Source: Mobula hypostoma
Taxonomy: Eukaryota
Length of the DNA: 64,000 bases
Assembly: GCF_963921235.1 (NCBI RefSeq)
Contig: NC_086097.1
Coordinates: 218,552,001-218,616,000, forward strand
Reading direction: 5' to 3'
Positions 26,482 to 39,809 of the stretch are shown piece by piece (positions within the stretch are counted from its first letter, which is position 1; the number at the start of each line of letters is the position of its first letter). The notes under the pieces were generated by a model. That model was given only the letters and a program-made list of their open reading frames with translations, made no database searches and was not told the origin of the DNA. A program made the translations under genes and the position numbers.

Positions 26482-27240
26482 TTGTTCTAAGCTGAGCAGG
26501 CATTTAATAGTCTTCCACAACCCAGTATGTTCATGATTCCCATTACTAAGGCAAACTTTAAAAAAATCCATATTTTGTTTATTTGCTTGAACTTAAATAC
26601 ACCAGTTGCCCTGATAGAATTCAGACGTACCTAATTCTGGATGCCAGTCTTAGTAATTGCACCATTTTAACCTATTTGAAAATATGCTGACAAATAAACA
26701 AATCTTTTCACTTTGCTCTTAACTCAAAATGCTAGTTTAGTTCGCAGGGATACAATTGGTCCGTTAAGCATTCAGATCAGGATAGGACATTATTTCATGG
26801 AGAATTTTGTGGTTGTCTTCTAGTTTCCCTGCAAAGATGCAAGTGGCAAAAATGCTGCAGGGGAATTATGAAACAACTGAAATTGTGACATACTTTCAAG
26901 CTCCACGTGGCCAGGTGCAGTGTTGAACTGACACAAGGGTTCTGATTTTAATTTGTCCTGAGTGGGACTTCCAAGCTAGTTAAATGTTGGTCACATCACA
27001 TATATTACAAGTTCTCAGCCCTGCACTTTTAACCAGGCAGAATTCCAATGGTGGATAATTCCATTTATGTCATTTATTAACACTAAGCTCCTTGAACTTG
27101 AAGGTGTACATAGAATTCAGATCATCAGTAAAGCTAGGAGATATGATTAAATGCCCAACAAAAGAATCGCCAAGAAAAGTTTTAAGGTTCTGTGTGGGCT
27201 GAGAGAAAATAAGAGTGCTCCTGGACTCCTCACAAGGAAT

Positions 27241-29550
27241 CAATAGACAATAAGTGCAGGAGTAGGCCATTCGGCCCTTTGAGCCAGCACCACCATTCAC
27301 TGTGATCATGGCTGATCATCCACAATCAGTACCCCGTTCCTGCCTTCTCCCCATATCCCTTGACTCCACTATTTTTAAGAGCTCTATCTAACTCTTTCTT
27401 GAAAGTATCCAGAGAATTGGCCCCCACTGCTTTCTGAGGCAGAGCATTCCACAGATCCACAACTCTCTGGGTGAAAAAGTTTTTCCTCAACTCCATTCTA
27501 AATGGGTCTACCCCTTATTCTCAAATTGTGGCCTTTGGTTCTGGACTCCCCCAACATTGGAAACATGTTTCCTGCCTCTAGCGTGTCCAATCCCTTAATA
27601 ATCTTATATGTTTCAATTAGATCCCCTCTCAGCCTTCTAAATTCCAGAGTATACAAGCCCAGTCGCTCCAATCTTTCAACATATGACAGTCCCGCCATCC
27701 CGGGAATTAACCTCGTGAACCTACGCTGCACTCCCTTAATAGCAAGAATGTCCTTCCTCAAATTTGGAGACCAAAACTGCACACAGTACTCCAGGTGTGG
27801 TCTCACCAGGGCCCTGTACAACTGCAGAAGGACCTCTTTGCTCTTATACTCAAATCTCCTTATTATGAAGGCCAACATGCCATTAGCTTTCTTCACTGCC
27901 TGCTGTACCTGCATAATTACTTTCAGTGACTGATGAGCAAGGACACCTAGATCTCGTTGTACTTCCCCTTTTTCTAACTTGACACCATTCAGATAGTAAT
28001 CTGCCTTCCTGTACTTGCCACCAAAGTGGATAACCTCACATTTATCCACATTAAACTGCATCTGCCATGCATCTGCCCACTCACCCAACCTGTCCAAGTC
28101 ACCCTGCATTCTCATAACATCCTCCTCACATTTCACACTGCCACTCAGCTTTGTGTCATCTGCAAATTTGCTAATGTTACTTTTAATCCCTTCATCTAAA
28201 TCATTAATGTATATTGTAAATAGCTGCGATCCCGGCACCGAGCCTTGTGGTACCCCACTAGTCACTGCCTGCCATTCTGAAAGGGACCCGTTAATCCCTG
28301 CTCTTTGTTTCCTGACTTCCAACCAATTTTCTATCCATGTCAGTACCTTACACCCAATACCATGTGCTCCAATTTTGCCCACTAATCTCCTATATGGGAC
28401 CTTATCAAAGTCTTTCTGAAAGTCCAGGTATACTACATCCATTGGCTCTCCCTTGTCCATTTTCATAGTTACATCCTTAAAAAATTCCAGAAGATTAGTC
28501 AAGCATGATTTTCCCTTTGTAAATCCATGCTGACTTGGACCGATCCTGTTACTGCTATCCAAATGTGCCACTATTTCATCCTTTATAATTGACTCCAGCA
28601 TCTTCCCCACGACTGATGGCAGGCTAACTGGTCTATAATTCCCTATTTTCTCTCTCCCTCCTTTCTTAAAAAGTGGGATAACATTGGCTACCCTCCAATC
28701 CACAGGAACTCATCTGAATCTATGGAACATTGGAAAATGATTACCAATGCATCCATGATTTCTAGAGCCACCTCCTTAAGTACCCTGGATGCAGACCATC
28801 AGGCCCTGGGGATTTATCTGCCCTCAGTCCCATCAGTCTATCCCACACCATTTTCTGCCTAATGTGAGTTTCCTTCAGTTCCTCCATTACCTTAGGTCCT
28901 CTGGCGACCATTACATCTGGGAGATTGTTTGTGTCTTCCCTAGTGAAGACAGATCCAAAGTACCTGTTCAACTCATCTGCCATTTGTTTGTTGCCCATAA
29001 TAAATTCACCCGTTTCTGTCTTCAAGGGCCCAACTTTGGTCTTAACTATTTTTTTCCTCTTCACATACCTAAAGAAGCTTTTACCATCCTACTTTATATT
29101 CTTGGCTAGCTTACCTTCGTACCTCATCTTTTCTCCCCGTATTGCCTTTTTAGTTATCTTCTGTTGCTCCTTCAAAGTTTCCCAATACTCTGACTTCCCA
29201 CTCATCTTTGCTATGTTATATTTCTTCTCCTTTATTTTTATACTGTCCTTGACTTCCCTTGTCAGCCATGGTTGCCCCTTACTCCCCTTAGAATCTTTCT
29301 TCCTCTTTGGAATGAACTGATACTGCATCTTCTGTATTATTCCCAGAAATACCCACCATTGTTGTTCCACTGTCATCCCTGCTAGGGTATCATTCCAGTC
29401 AACTTTTGCCAGCTCCTCCCTCATGGCTCCATAGTCCCCTTTGTTGAACTGTAATACGGACACCTCCGATTTTCCCTTCTCCCTCTCAAATTGTAGATTA
29501 AAACTTATCATATTATGGTCACTACCTCCTAATGGTTCCTTTACCTCGAG
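27241..29550 (-). mobile_element. Young 5'-truncated CR1 LINE, same subfamily as 2316-5644
   Basis: 401-aa open RT frame at 27498-28703 (SQHGF, YLDFQK, GVPQGS, FADDTK); tail tattgtctattg. Confidence 0.95.
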
Positions 29551-29751
29551 TTCCCTTTTAGTGCAAGATTTCTTTCTTTGTTCGCTCTCACCTGGATACC
29601 TTCAAGTAACTTCTTCCCAACTCTTTTACATTAAGTTGAGTATCATCTTGGAGGTCGTGAACTGTACCAGCTACTGCTATTGATGTTGATGTCAGGAGTA
29701 TTCCATTACTGCCTTCAGATGGATGACAGTTTATCACAATCAAAATCAGAA

Positions 29752-30372
29752 CTGAATATTGAGTATAAGAGCTGGAATGTTATGATGAGGTTGTATAAGG
29801 CATTGGTGAGGCCGAATCTGGAGTATTGTGTTCAGCTTTGGTCAACAAATTACAGGAAGGATATAAATAAGGTTGAAAGAGTGCAGAAAAGGTTTACAAG
29901 GATGTTGCCAGGACTTGAGAAACTCAGTTACAGAGAAAGGTTGAATAGGTTAGGACTTTATTCCCTGGAGCGTAGAAGAATGAGGGGAGATTTGATAAAG
30001 GTATATAAAATTATGATGGGTATAGACAGAATGAATGCAAGCAGGCTTTTTCCACATAGGCAAGGGGAGAAAAAAAACCAGAGGACATGGGTTAAGGGTG
30101 AGGGGGGGAAAGTTTAAAGGGAACATTAGGGAGGGCTTCTTCACACACAGAGTAGTGGGAGTATGGAATGAGCTGCCAGATGAGGTGGTAAATGCGGGTT
30201 CTTTTTTAACATTTAAGAATAAATTGGACAGTTACATGGATGGGAGGTGTATGGAGGGATATGGTCCGTGTGCAGGTCAGTGGGACTAGGCAGAAAATGG
30301 TTTGGCACAGCCAAGAAGGGTCAAAAGGCCTCTTTCTGTGCTGTAGTTTCTATGGTTTCTATGGTTTCTATG
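29752..30372 (+). mobile_element. CR1 LINE 3' fragment
   Basis: RPNLEYCVQLWS, RRRMRGDLI; tail (TTTCTATGG)x3. Confidence 0.9.
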
Positions 30373-32105
30373 ATATGTAAAATTACTCGCACCTTATGCT
30401 TTGGGAACTGCATAACTTCTATCTTGAGGCTCTTTTCATTTTTTTTTAATACCACTGATTCCCACCTTGTTGGTCATTTGGTGGTCATTTTTAGATTTAT
30501 TTCCCTTGTTAAATTTTATTTGGTCTATGAGTGCATGGTTGTTTATAGACTTTTAATTTTTTGTTAAGCTAGTACAAGTGAAATTGAAACCAACAAGAAA
30601 CATTAGAACTCGGTGAGTCAAGCTGCAACTGTGAGTGAAAAGGTGTGAGTCCATGTTTTGCATCCAGAGCCAGTACCTGGACTGAGAAGGAAGAGGAAAG
30701 ATTGCCACTATAGAGCAGTACGAGGGAGGCACAGGACAGAGACTGGTGGGTGGTAAGCGAAACCAGATGGGAAGAGGATAATGGCAGATGGAACTAGATG
30801 CGGGGATGGTAGAGGTGAACAAAGGGAGAAGAAAACTAGGTGAACATTTGTTGAAAAAGAACACTGGAGATGAGAGTTACCCGAAACTGGAGTCCAAATT
30901 GCATGACCTGCAGTCTCATTGTTTGGTCTTTGAAGATTTATTTAGGGTGTCTTCATTTTGAATCTATTTTTTCGTCATGTACAATTGAATTGTATGTGAA
31001 GTAAAACATGTACAGTTTTATTTAGCATAACCACTTGTACTCAACTGGAGAAGCAGGAACTTGTATGTCAGTATAAGTTTTTGAAAGTTATATTGATTTA
31101 AAGCTGATCAGTGTCAGCTCTCCTCATCAATGACTTATCCATCTTCCTTCCAGTTCCTTCCCTACTTTCTCAGCATGTTGTTTACTTACTTCACTCTTAT
31201 ATTCGAATCTGATAAAAAGGATTATCCTTCATTACAACTGCATTAGTTGCACTGTAAGCATTAGAAGTAATTTTGTCAAAGTCCAGTTACATTGTTGATA
31301 TTCTTCTAACCATTGTGAAATTGCATGGGGAAATGAGAGAAGAAGCCACAAAGCTTTCCTAGATATTATGTGTTTGACGCTGTTGAATAGGTTTGGGCAT
31401 GAGCCAAGTATGGAGTGCTGATCTAAATCTTGCTATCATTAACCCCAGAAAGCATAACTATCCCAGCAGGTGACCTTCCTTTCTCATATTAACCATTCAG
31501 TGTGCAAATGACATTGCATAACAACTATTAAAAACTGAAAAAAAACATTGCATATTCCTGATGACACACTTGAATAAAGCAACTTCATTCAAATAACAAT
31601 AAATAAAATGTTGACCACTCCAATTCACGAGACTAGATTCAGACTGAATCCCACTAAAAAAAAGGCTGTATACAAGAAATTAAAAACGGACAATTCTGAG
31701 AGTCATTCAGCAGGTCAGGCAGCATCTGTGGAAAGATTTAATGATTTATCGGAACTGATGGGATTTCATCAACCTAAAACATAACTATGTTTCTTTGATG
31801 AGTGTTCCCACATTTTCTGCTTTTTAATTCAGGTTTTTACTTGTTTATATTTGAACTCTGTAAGCATTATATGTAACATCCATCTTACATTTATAACATC
31901 ATCATCTCCAAAAATATCAGATTATTTAAATACTACTCCTATTGCTTATGGAATTCTTATATTGAACACTTCATGCTCTTGATACTTAGGATTAAATTAA
32001 GACTCTTGTAAAACTCCATTTAAAACATGATTAAATGAACTCTGCAAAAGAAGTATCCCAGATCTGTGATGCTTTGAATAAAGTATGCTGTAATTAAACT
32101 TGCAG

Positions 32106-32218
32106 ACGCTTAAAGAATACTTCTCACCCAAAGAAAGTGCCTGATGGACATCGGTACCTTTTTCGTGGCAGGATAAATACAGAGATCATGGAAGTGGAAA
32201 ATGTTGATGATGGAACAG
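32106..32218 (+). CDS. PREX2: PREX2 coding exon (~exon 8), PH domain
   Basis: ttgcag|ACGC...GAACAG|gtaatt, 113 nt, phase compatible with neighbours. [37 protein letters not shown]. Confidence 0.95.
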
Positions 32219-32718
32219 GTAATTCTTTGTTATATTGCTTGAATTTAACCAATGTTTAAGGATTTTATTTATTTTTATCGATGTGATGGATTCAAAATGC
32301 CACCAAATATAAATATTACATTGCTAATAATATCAATGCCATTAAATAAAATTTTATTTTGCTGGTAGCTGAACATTAATTAAAAATATTCAAAAATTAA
32401 AGATCAACTTTAATTTGACAGTGGATGTGCCTTTAAATATTCCACTGAGATGGACACTGCAATATCATATCCTACAACACAGTTGTTTATGCAGATTTGA
32501 TTATTAGAAGGTTAAACAAAAAGCTTAAAATGCAACATTCAGCTTTGGAGAATGCATCCAGGCAAACATAGAACTGGGCTTGATGGAAATCATGGCAGGC
32601 AAATGCTAAATAGCCGGGGAGTCTAAATTCTTTTAACTCTATAAAAATACATGGAGATCATGTTGTGTAATAAACTTCTGTCTATTCAATATAAACTAAC
32701 CAGTCTATCAATTTAATA

Positions 32719-33553
32719 CAAGTTGTGTACCCCTTATCTGAAATGCCTGGGCCAAGAAGCGTTTTGGATTTTGAAATATTTGCCTCTATATAATGAGATA
32801 CCTTTGGGATGGGACCCAAGTCTAAACACAAAATCAATACTTTACATATACAGCTTATACCCTGAATGTAGTTTTACATAATATTTTAAATAATTTTGTG
32901 CATGAAACAATGATGTGCACATTGCACTATCAGAAAGGTAAGATGCACTATGTTGGCCACCCAGGTGGCCAATTTGTGGATGTTTGGGATCACCATCATT
33001 CCCAACTCTGAATTTCCACCAGTAACCAGACTTTGCCTTACTCTTGCTCATCACACGTATGTACTGACCTAGTCATTCAGCAGGTTAGATTTCTGTCAGC
33101 AATGATCTTGGCAAACTCATCAATGAATTTCTCTGCTGCTTTGTGATAGCAGACACAAAACTTCCAAAATTCACTGCTGTGCCCTTTCTTTCACTTCTGC
33201 AACAAGCCTCCAGAATATTTATGATTACCTTCAATTTTCAGTTTGCCTTGATAGATCTCGTTTCCTGATCTGTGAAGCAGCATTGGTTCACTCTGATGCT
33301 GACAAATCCACTTTTACAATACACAATCGAGATCATAAATTTTCACTTTATACAGTGTTCTCCACTTTTCATTACAGTTGTGAAGCCACTTCTCAGAACT
33401 GTCTGTGGTGTGCAGAGACCCGCACACCACCTGGGAAATCTTCCCAGCGTCTTGTGGAATTTTCCATTTGTGACGTCACGTCAGCGCTCAAAAAAAGTTC
33501 TGATTTTGGAGGTTTTCGGATTTTGGAATTTCGGATAAGTGGTACTCAACCCG
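32719..33553 (-). mobile_element. Tigger4/Zombi-like (pogo superfamily) deletion derivative
   Basis: TA|CAAGTTGTGTACCCCTTATCTGAAAT ... ATTTCGGATAAGTGGTACTCAACCCG|TA. Minus-strand remnants DLDCVL*KWICQHQSE, KLKIEGNHKYSGG and AAEKFIDEFAKIIAD (CENP-B/Tigger transposase). Confidence 0.85.
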
Positions 33554-34014
33554 TACTAGCTACTTATTACAATGATCCAATGGCCTATTTTGGGTTAAGC
33601 GTGCTGTTCCTTGTATGGACATCAGTGTTAGGACAGTTTCATGAGTTACAGGCAGCCTACACTACTGTAAATTAGGAATAAATCCTATAACACAATAACC
33701 CTTTCATATATGTGGAGGAAGGAAGAAAAGAAATCGAGGCAGCTCAGTGTGAGGAGTTCAGCTGCAAGGACCTGGATGCATTAAGTGAGCATGCTCAGGG
33801 ATTAAGGGCAGTAAATGCAGCTCCAGATTCCATATACTACTAATAGCTCCAGTTCCCAGGCACTGCTAAATCCGTAACACGCTGACACTTACTGACTAGC
33901 CATCTGCATGAATCAGGAGGTGAAACTAAACAAAAGAAACACTATGTAACGCTTGAAATTTAAATTACAAGCGGGAAATGCTAGAAATACTCAGCACATG
34001 TAGGAAGAGAAGCA

Positions 34015-34742
34015 GCACAACACACAAAATGCTGGAGGAACTGTGAAGGTCAGGCAGCTTCTATGGAAATGAATGAACAGTTGAGACCGTTTCGCTGAAC
34101 ACCTACGCTTTGTCCGCCAGAGAAAGCAGGATCTCCCAGTGGCCACACATTTTAATTCCACGTCCCATTCCCATTCTGATATGTCTATCCACGGCCTCCT
34201 CTACTGTCAAAATGAAGCCACACTCAGGTTGGAGGAACAACACCTTACATTCCGTCTGGGGAGCCTCCAACCTGATGGCATGAACATCGACTTCTCTAAC
34301 TTCTGCTAATGCCCCACCTCCCCCTCGTACCCCATCCGTTATTTATTTATAAACATACATTCTTTCTCTCGCTCTCCTTTTCCTCCGTCTATCCGTCTGA
34401 CTATACCCCTTGCCCATCCTCTGGGTTTTTCCCCCCCTCCCCCTTTTCCTTCTCCCTGGGCCTCCTGTCCCATAATCTTCTCATATCCCTTTTGCCAATC
34501 ACCTGTCCAGCTCTTGGCTCCATCCCTCCCCCTCCTGTCTTCTCTTATCATTTCGGATCTCCCCCTCCCCCCCCACTTTCAAATCTCTTACTAACTCTTC
34601 CTTCAGTTAGTCCTGACGAAGGGTCTCGGCCCGAAACATCGACTGTACCTCTTCCTAGAGATGCTGCCTGGCCTGCTGCGTTCACCAGCAACTTTGATGT
34701 GTGTTGCTTTAATTTTCAGCATCTGCAGAATTCCTCGTGTTT
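34015..34742 (+). mobile_element. Penelope-like retroelement 3' end: GIY-YIG C-terminus, pyrimidine-rich UTR, hammerhead tail
   Basis: 34085-34309 reads DRFAEHLRFVRQRKQDLPVATHFNSTSHSHSDMSIHGLLYCQNEATLRLEEQHLTFRLGSLQPDGMNIDFSNFC*. An inverted tail copy lies at 34015-34083. Confidence 0.88.
34608..34645 (+). ncRNA. Minimal type I hammerhead ribozyme motif (helix III palindrome mutated)
   Basis: TAGTC-CTGACGA-AGGGTCTCGGCCC-GAAAC-ATC-GACTG; ACGT changed to ACAT. Confidence 0.65.
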
Positions 34743-34744
34743 AC

Positions 34745-34931
34745 AATCCACAGTCAAAGTCACTTGGATCACATTTCTTCCCCATTCTCAGATTTGGCCT
34801 GAACAACAACTGAACCTCTTGACCATGCCTGCATGCTTTTATGAATTGAGTTGCTACACTTGCTTGGCTGATTAGATATTTGCATTAATGAGCTGATGCA
34901 CAGGTGCACCTAATAAAATAGCCACTGAGCA
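34745..34931 (-). mobile_element. Tc1-like terminal fragment (same family as 22661-23181)
   Basis: gtcaaagtcact...gattagatatttgcatt...taataaaatagccactgag, shared with 23020-23181. Confidence 0.75.
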
Positions 34932-36599
34932 TATGTTTGTTAACATAGATTAATTTACATATTTCAAATAATTTCTGAACTCACTTATTTTCACTGAGAA
35001 TGTATTGTACGAGATGTATAACGGCTGGAATCATCTTCTTCACCAACTTGGTGCTTTGAACATTATGACTAATGCAACGCAAACTCCAAATCATAGAAAG
35101 CAGTGTTCAAAGAAATTCTGAGCTTCTACCCACAGGACAATTTTTTCTATGATTAACATTTCCCACAAGGATGTGGGAAGGAGAATAAACCAATGTGTTT
35201 GCCCAGTTTAGAATTAATCTGTAAACATAATAGCTAGGCAGGAAAATGAAGGTAAACTTACAGATGATTTGTGCGACAGTCACATCTTGATACATCAGCA
35301 AGATTCTGCATTGACAACGAGGGACCCAGGGAAACTTTTTAAACACAATTAGTACATTCATTCTTTCCACGTGGAGAAACCAGAGTGGCAAAGCAATAAG
35401 GGGACAAACAAGGAGAAGTTAAACAAAACAGTTGTTTGCGTTCACCAGCAACTTTGATGTATGTTGCTTGAATTTCCAGCATCTGCAGAATTCCTGTGTT
35501 TGCGTTTACAAAATCATTGTAATTTTCCATAGCATCTGAACTACAGATATCTTGATGATGAGTGTTATTTTTTTAACCATGAAAGTAAACATAATAAAAT
35601 TATAAATAGAGCACAAGTGCAGGCTCTGGAATAGAACCTCAACCACCAAGATTTACATTGGGAAGTAGTTAGCTCACTGCACTGTTTTCATGAGATTTTC
35701 CCAACAATTTCTGCCTTTCACAATGAACTGCTTGCTTGTTTATTTTATAGAATCTGAGCTATTAATATTCTGACACCTTAGACTATTTCTACCATGTGAA
35801 TGATACAATAGGTATGTTGTAGAATACTCTCTGCAATTCAAACGTTACCCACCCAAGCACAACACCATATGGGACAAAGCATCCTACTGAGCGAACATTC
35901 AGTCTGCTACCTGAAATATTTATTCTTTCCACTTCTGGCGCATTCTGGCTGCAGTGTATCACTTTTTTTTCAGATACAGCACTAAGTAGATTGCTAAACC
36001 AGTCAATACTGAAGTTTGCTCTATTGAAAACACTTCTTTTCCTGAAAGTATGCAATATCAGGAAAAGTTAAAAATCTGGACAGGTGCAAAGTTTCTGATG
36101 GGTGAAAAAGAGATCCTGATGGGAACCTTAGGTATTCCACAGCTATTGTAAGTTGTAACTTTTTATTTAAGAGACTTGCCTGGAATTCAGCCTGTTTTGA
36201 CAGGCCTGGCTTCCAGATGGACAGAGTGCATTCTGGAACAGTCCTCACTACAGGTAAAGGCCTGGCTATTTCTGGTTAGCATAAAGAGAGGAGGGGATAC
36301 AATTCTTAACCCAATTAGCCAGTGGATGTTTTGATCCTGAAGGAGATGATCCTATTGGGTTCTGATCTTGGGGAGGTTGAACAGTCCGCTTCTGATCTGG
36401 TTCCTTGTAGCTGGGTGGTTGGGTGGGTGGTTGGGGGACATTCTGATGGCAGGAAAGCAGGTAAACTTGAAGTTTAGGAGGGATGTCCCAAAGACAGAGC
36501 TACATGGCTTTTTAGCATTTTCTTTAAAATATCCTTGAAATACTGTACTTTTATTTAATTCTGGGACAAAAACATGCAAAGGAAGTTAGAGACAGGAGA

Positions 36600-37742
36600 G
36601 ATTCAGCAGATACTGGAAATTTCGAGCAAAGTCAGGCAGCATCTATGGAGGGGAATAAGCAGTCTATGTTATGGGCTGAGGCCTTTCATTAGGATTCAAA
36701 TCGAAGGGATCAGAATCTAGAATAGAAGGAGGGGGAGGGGAAGAGGTTCAAGCTGGCAGGTGATAGGTGAGATCAGGCGGAGGGGAAGGATGGTGGGTGG
36801 GGGAGGAGGGGTGATGTGACGTTGGGAGGAGACAGGTGAAAGAGATAAAGGGCTGAAGAAGGGATCTATAGGAGAGGAGAGTGGACCATGGAATGAAGGG
36901 AAGGAAGTGGAGAACTAGAGGGAGGTGATGGGCAGGTCATAAGGGCAGGTAAGGGGAAGAGAAGGGTGAAAGGATCGCCAGAATGGGGTATGAAAATAGA
37001 GAAGAAGGGGCGGGGGGTGCAGGAACAGAGGTAAGTGATATCAATATCAGGTTACTCACATAGAATATGTGGTGTTGCTACTCCAATCTGAGTTTGGCCT
37101 CATCATGGAGGTAGAGAAGGCCGTGGACAGATATGTGGATATATGAATAAGAAGTTGAATTGAAATGGATGGCCATCAGAAGATCTTGCCTTTTACAGCA
37201 CACAGAGTAAAGGTGCTCCATGAAATGATTCCCCTATTTGCGCTGGGTCTCACCAAGGTAGAGGAGGCCAAAGTGGGAGCACTGAAAGCAATAAATGACC
37301 TCAACAGGCTTCCAGGTGAAGTACCGCCTCGCTGGGGAGGCTTGTCCCTGCAAATGTGACAAGTGCAACACCTGGCCTTACACTTCCACCCTCACCAGCA
37401 TTCAGGGTCCTAAATAGTCCTTCCAAGTCTGGCGCTTTCCTTCTTTTTATTTTATTTTCCGCAGTCCTGTCCTATTAGGTTCTTTCCTCTTCAGCCTTTC
37501 ACCTATCACCTATCACCTCCCTGCTTCTCACATCACCCCCCCGCCACCCATCTACCTTACCCCCCTCACCTGCCACCTGTCAGCTTATATTTCTCCTCCC
37601 CCTACCTTCTTATTCTGGTTTTCTGCCCTCTTCCTTTCCAGTCCCGATGAAGAGTTGTGGCACAAAACATCCACTGTTTATTCCCATCTTTAGATGCTGC
37701 CTGATCTGCTGAGTTCCTCCAGTGTTTTGGGTGTGTTGCAAA
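36600..37742. mobile_element. Older Penelope-like element with inverted ends
   Basis: Minus strand ~37170-37330 encodes a GIY-YIG-like VIYCFQCSHFGLLYLGETQR...MEHL. Plus strand 37340-37435 encodes a Cys-rich linker CPCKCDKCNTWP. Tail copies are inverted at both ends. Confidence 0.8.
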
Positions 37743-38130
37743 GTAATTTGTTCTACCAAGTTTAATCTATTAGTCTAATGGCTCAAACCATTTCCTGGGA
37801 ATAGGGTTCTTGTCTCTGTCTTTGTTTGGAAGTTGGACGTTTTGAAATGAATCTGATATTTAATTACTTTTTACATTTCTGTTGACGGCAATTCACCAGT
37901 TTTCAATGGATTAAGTATTCCTATTTCAAGTCATAGAGTTACAGGGTTAAAGAACACTACAGTACAGAAGAAGGCCCTTCGGCCCATCTATTCTATGCCA
38001 AGCTATCATTCTCCTTAGTCCCATCCATCCCATGCGGTTGGGATTTATCTGTGTTTGCAAATAGTGCTCTGGACTGGTGGAAAGAATAAGTATTTGACAT
38101 TGGAGTTGTTTAAGAAATATTACAGTGCTT

Positions 38131-38754
38131 TATGAAACCCCCTGGTTTCCTTGGCTGCATTAGTCTTGGGAAAACACTCTCTGGTCCTGCCAAACTCATA
38201 AGATTGAGACAGCTATCTTGCCCCAAACCCCGGTGTGTGTGGATGCTGTGTAATTTGCTACCCTGTTACAAATTAGAGCTATGAATTAACAGACAGGACA
38301 CTGCATACAATTAAAGGAATTATATTTATGAATCTTAACTTAACTAAAGGGTTAGTAAAGAGAAACAAAAAGAAAAGGGCCCATTTTAATTAAAACAGTC
38401 AAATGTGCCCAAGTCTTGAACTTCTCTGTCTCTCATGCGCTGGGCCCTCAGTCAACATGAAAGCACACGTCATCTTCCGAACTTTGCTCGCATCCATCTC
38501 GAACAAACGACTGGTTCTTCCCAGCATCTTCTCTCTTCATCTCCCACAGAACCAAAAAACCCCCCCAAGACCAACCTTAGTGTCCCTCATGAAGAAAACC
38601 TCCCCCTAATTCTACCATCCTAACTGGATGGCACACATTCCTCATCTTCAACAATAACCCAAACAAGCTGCCAGCAGTACTGACTGCTCTTACAGAACTG
38701 CTAAATGAAATACATACAGCTTAACAGTAAAAAAATATGAACCAGGGCATTACA
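38131..38754 (-). mobile_element. Probable solo LTR
   Basis: ~620 nt non-coding; minus strand begins TGTAATGCCCTGG and ends GGGGTTTCATA (near TG..CA). No clear TSD. Confidence 0.45.
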
Positions 38755-39119
38755 CTTAAATTACTTGATAGGATTGCTTGGTCCACATCCTGAAATATGA
38801 ACCAGTGAATTCAGCTGATGGGGAAATGGCTACATTACTAATACAATTTGTCTTTTTTTTCAATTAATGTCGAACAGTATAATGCTTTTGGCTTGATGAG
38901 GTATGAAATAGCCTTTTCTATTATTAACTTCTCGGGGTTTGATATTGTTCTTTGTGTTACATTTATTCAACTGTTCATTTATTTCCCACAAATGAATAAA
39001 GAACTTTCAATTACATTATAAAACTATATATTTTCAGCATTAATGAATTGAATAATTCAATATCGCCTGCCGCTTTGCACTAATTTATGCCACATGCTGT
39101 GGATTCAAAAGATTTACAA

Positions 39120-39522
39120 AACTTTATTGTCTTTCTAACCATACATCAGCTCTGCAGGGCAGAATGAGACAGCGTTTCTCAGGAGCAGTGCAATCATAAC
39201 ATAACAAATGCAACACTAAATAATAAACATAACAATAAATAGTAAATCACAACAGCCACATGTCAGTTAAAGTCAAGTTAAAAGTGTCCAAAGCAGAGTC
39301 AGGTGGAGCAGCTATTTAGCAGTCTGACTGCCTGTGGGAGGAAGCTGTTTAGTAGCCTTGTGGTTTTAGTTTTGATGCTCCTGTAACATTTGCCTGATGG
39401 CAGAAGAACAAACAGTTCATGGAGAGGGTGTGAGGGGTCTTTAATGATATATCGTGTCTTCTGGAGGCATTGACTCTGAAAGAGGTCTTGGACAGAAGAT
39501 AGGGAAACCCCAATGACCTTCA
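39120..39522 (-). mobile_element. Rex1/Babar-type LINE 3' fragment
   Basis: IIKDPSHPLHELFVLLPSGKCYRSIKTKTTRLLNSFLPQAVRLLN* plus 3' UTR. Confidence 0.82.
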
Positions 39523-39659
39523 AATAAGATGATCAAATAAGTAAAAAAAGTGAGATCATAGTTTTTCAGAATTTATGTGATATTTCAAACTTATTTCCTT
39601 GGTTAGGGTTTAAAATATAAAACAAAGTTGTGTATAATTATCTTTGCTCTTCTCTCCAG

Positions 39660-39809
39660 CGGATTATCATAGCAGTGGTCATACAGTGATCAATGGTTGG
39701 AAAATACATAACACTGCCAAAAATAAATGGTTCGTCTGCATGGCAAAATCATCAGAAGACAAACAGGAATGGCTTGAGGCCTTTCTAAAGGAGCGAGAAC
39801 GAAGAAAGA
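39660..39809 (+). CDS. PREX2: PREX2 coding exon (~exon 9), end of PH domain
   Basis: tctctccag|CGGAT...AGAAAGA|gtaagc, 150 nt. [50 protein letters not shown]. Confidence 0.96.

Noticed and set aside
34309..34875. 188-aa Pro/Ser-rich ORF
   Set aside because: Translation of the pyrimidine-rich Penelope 3' UTR.
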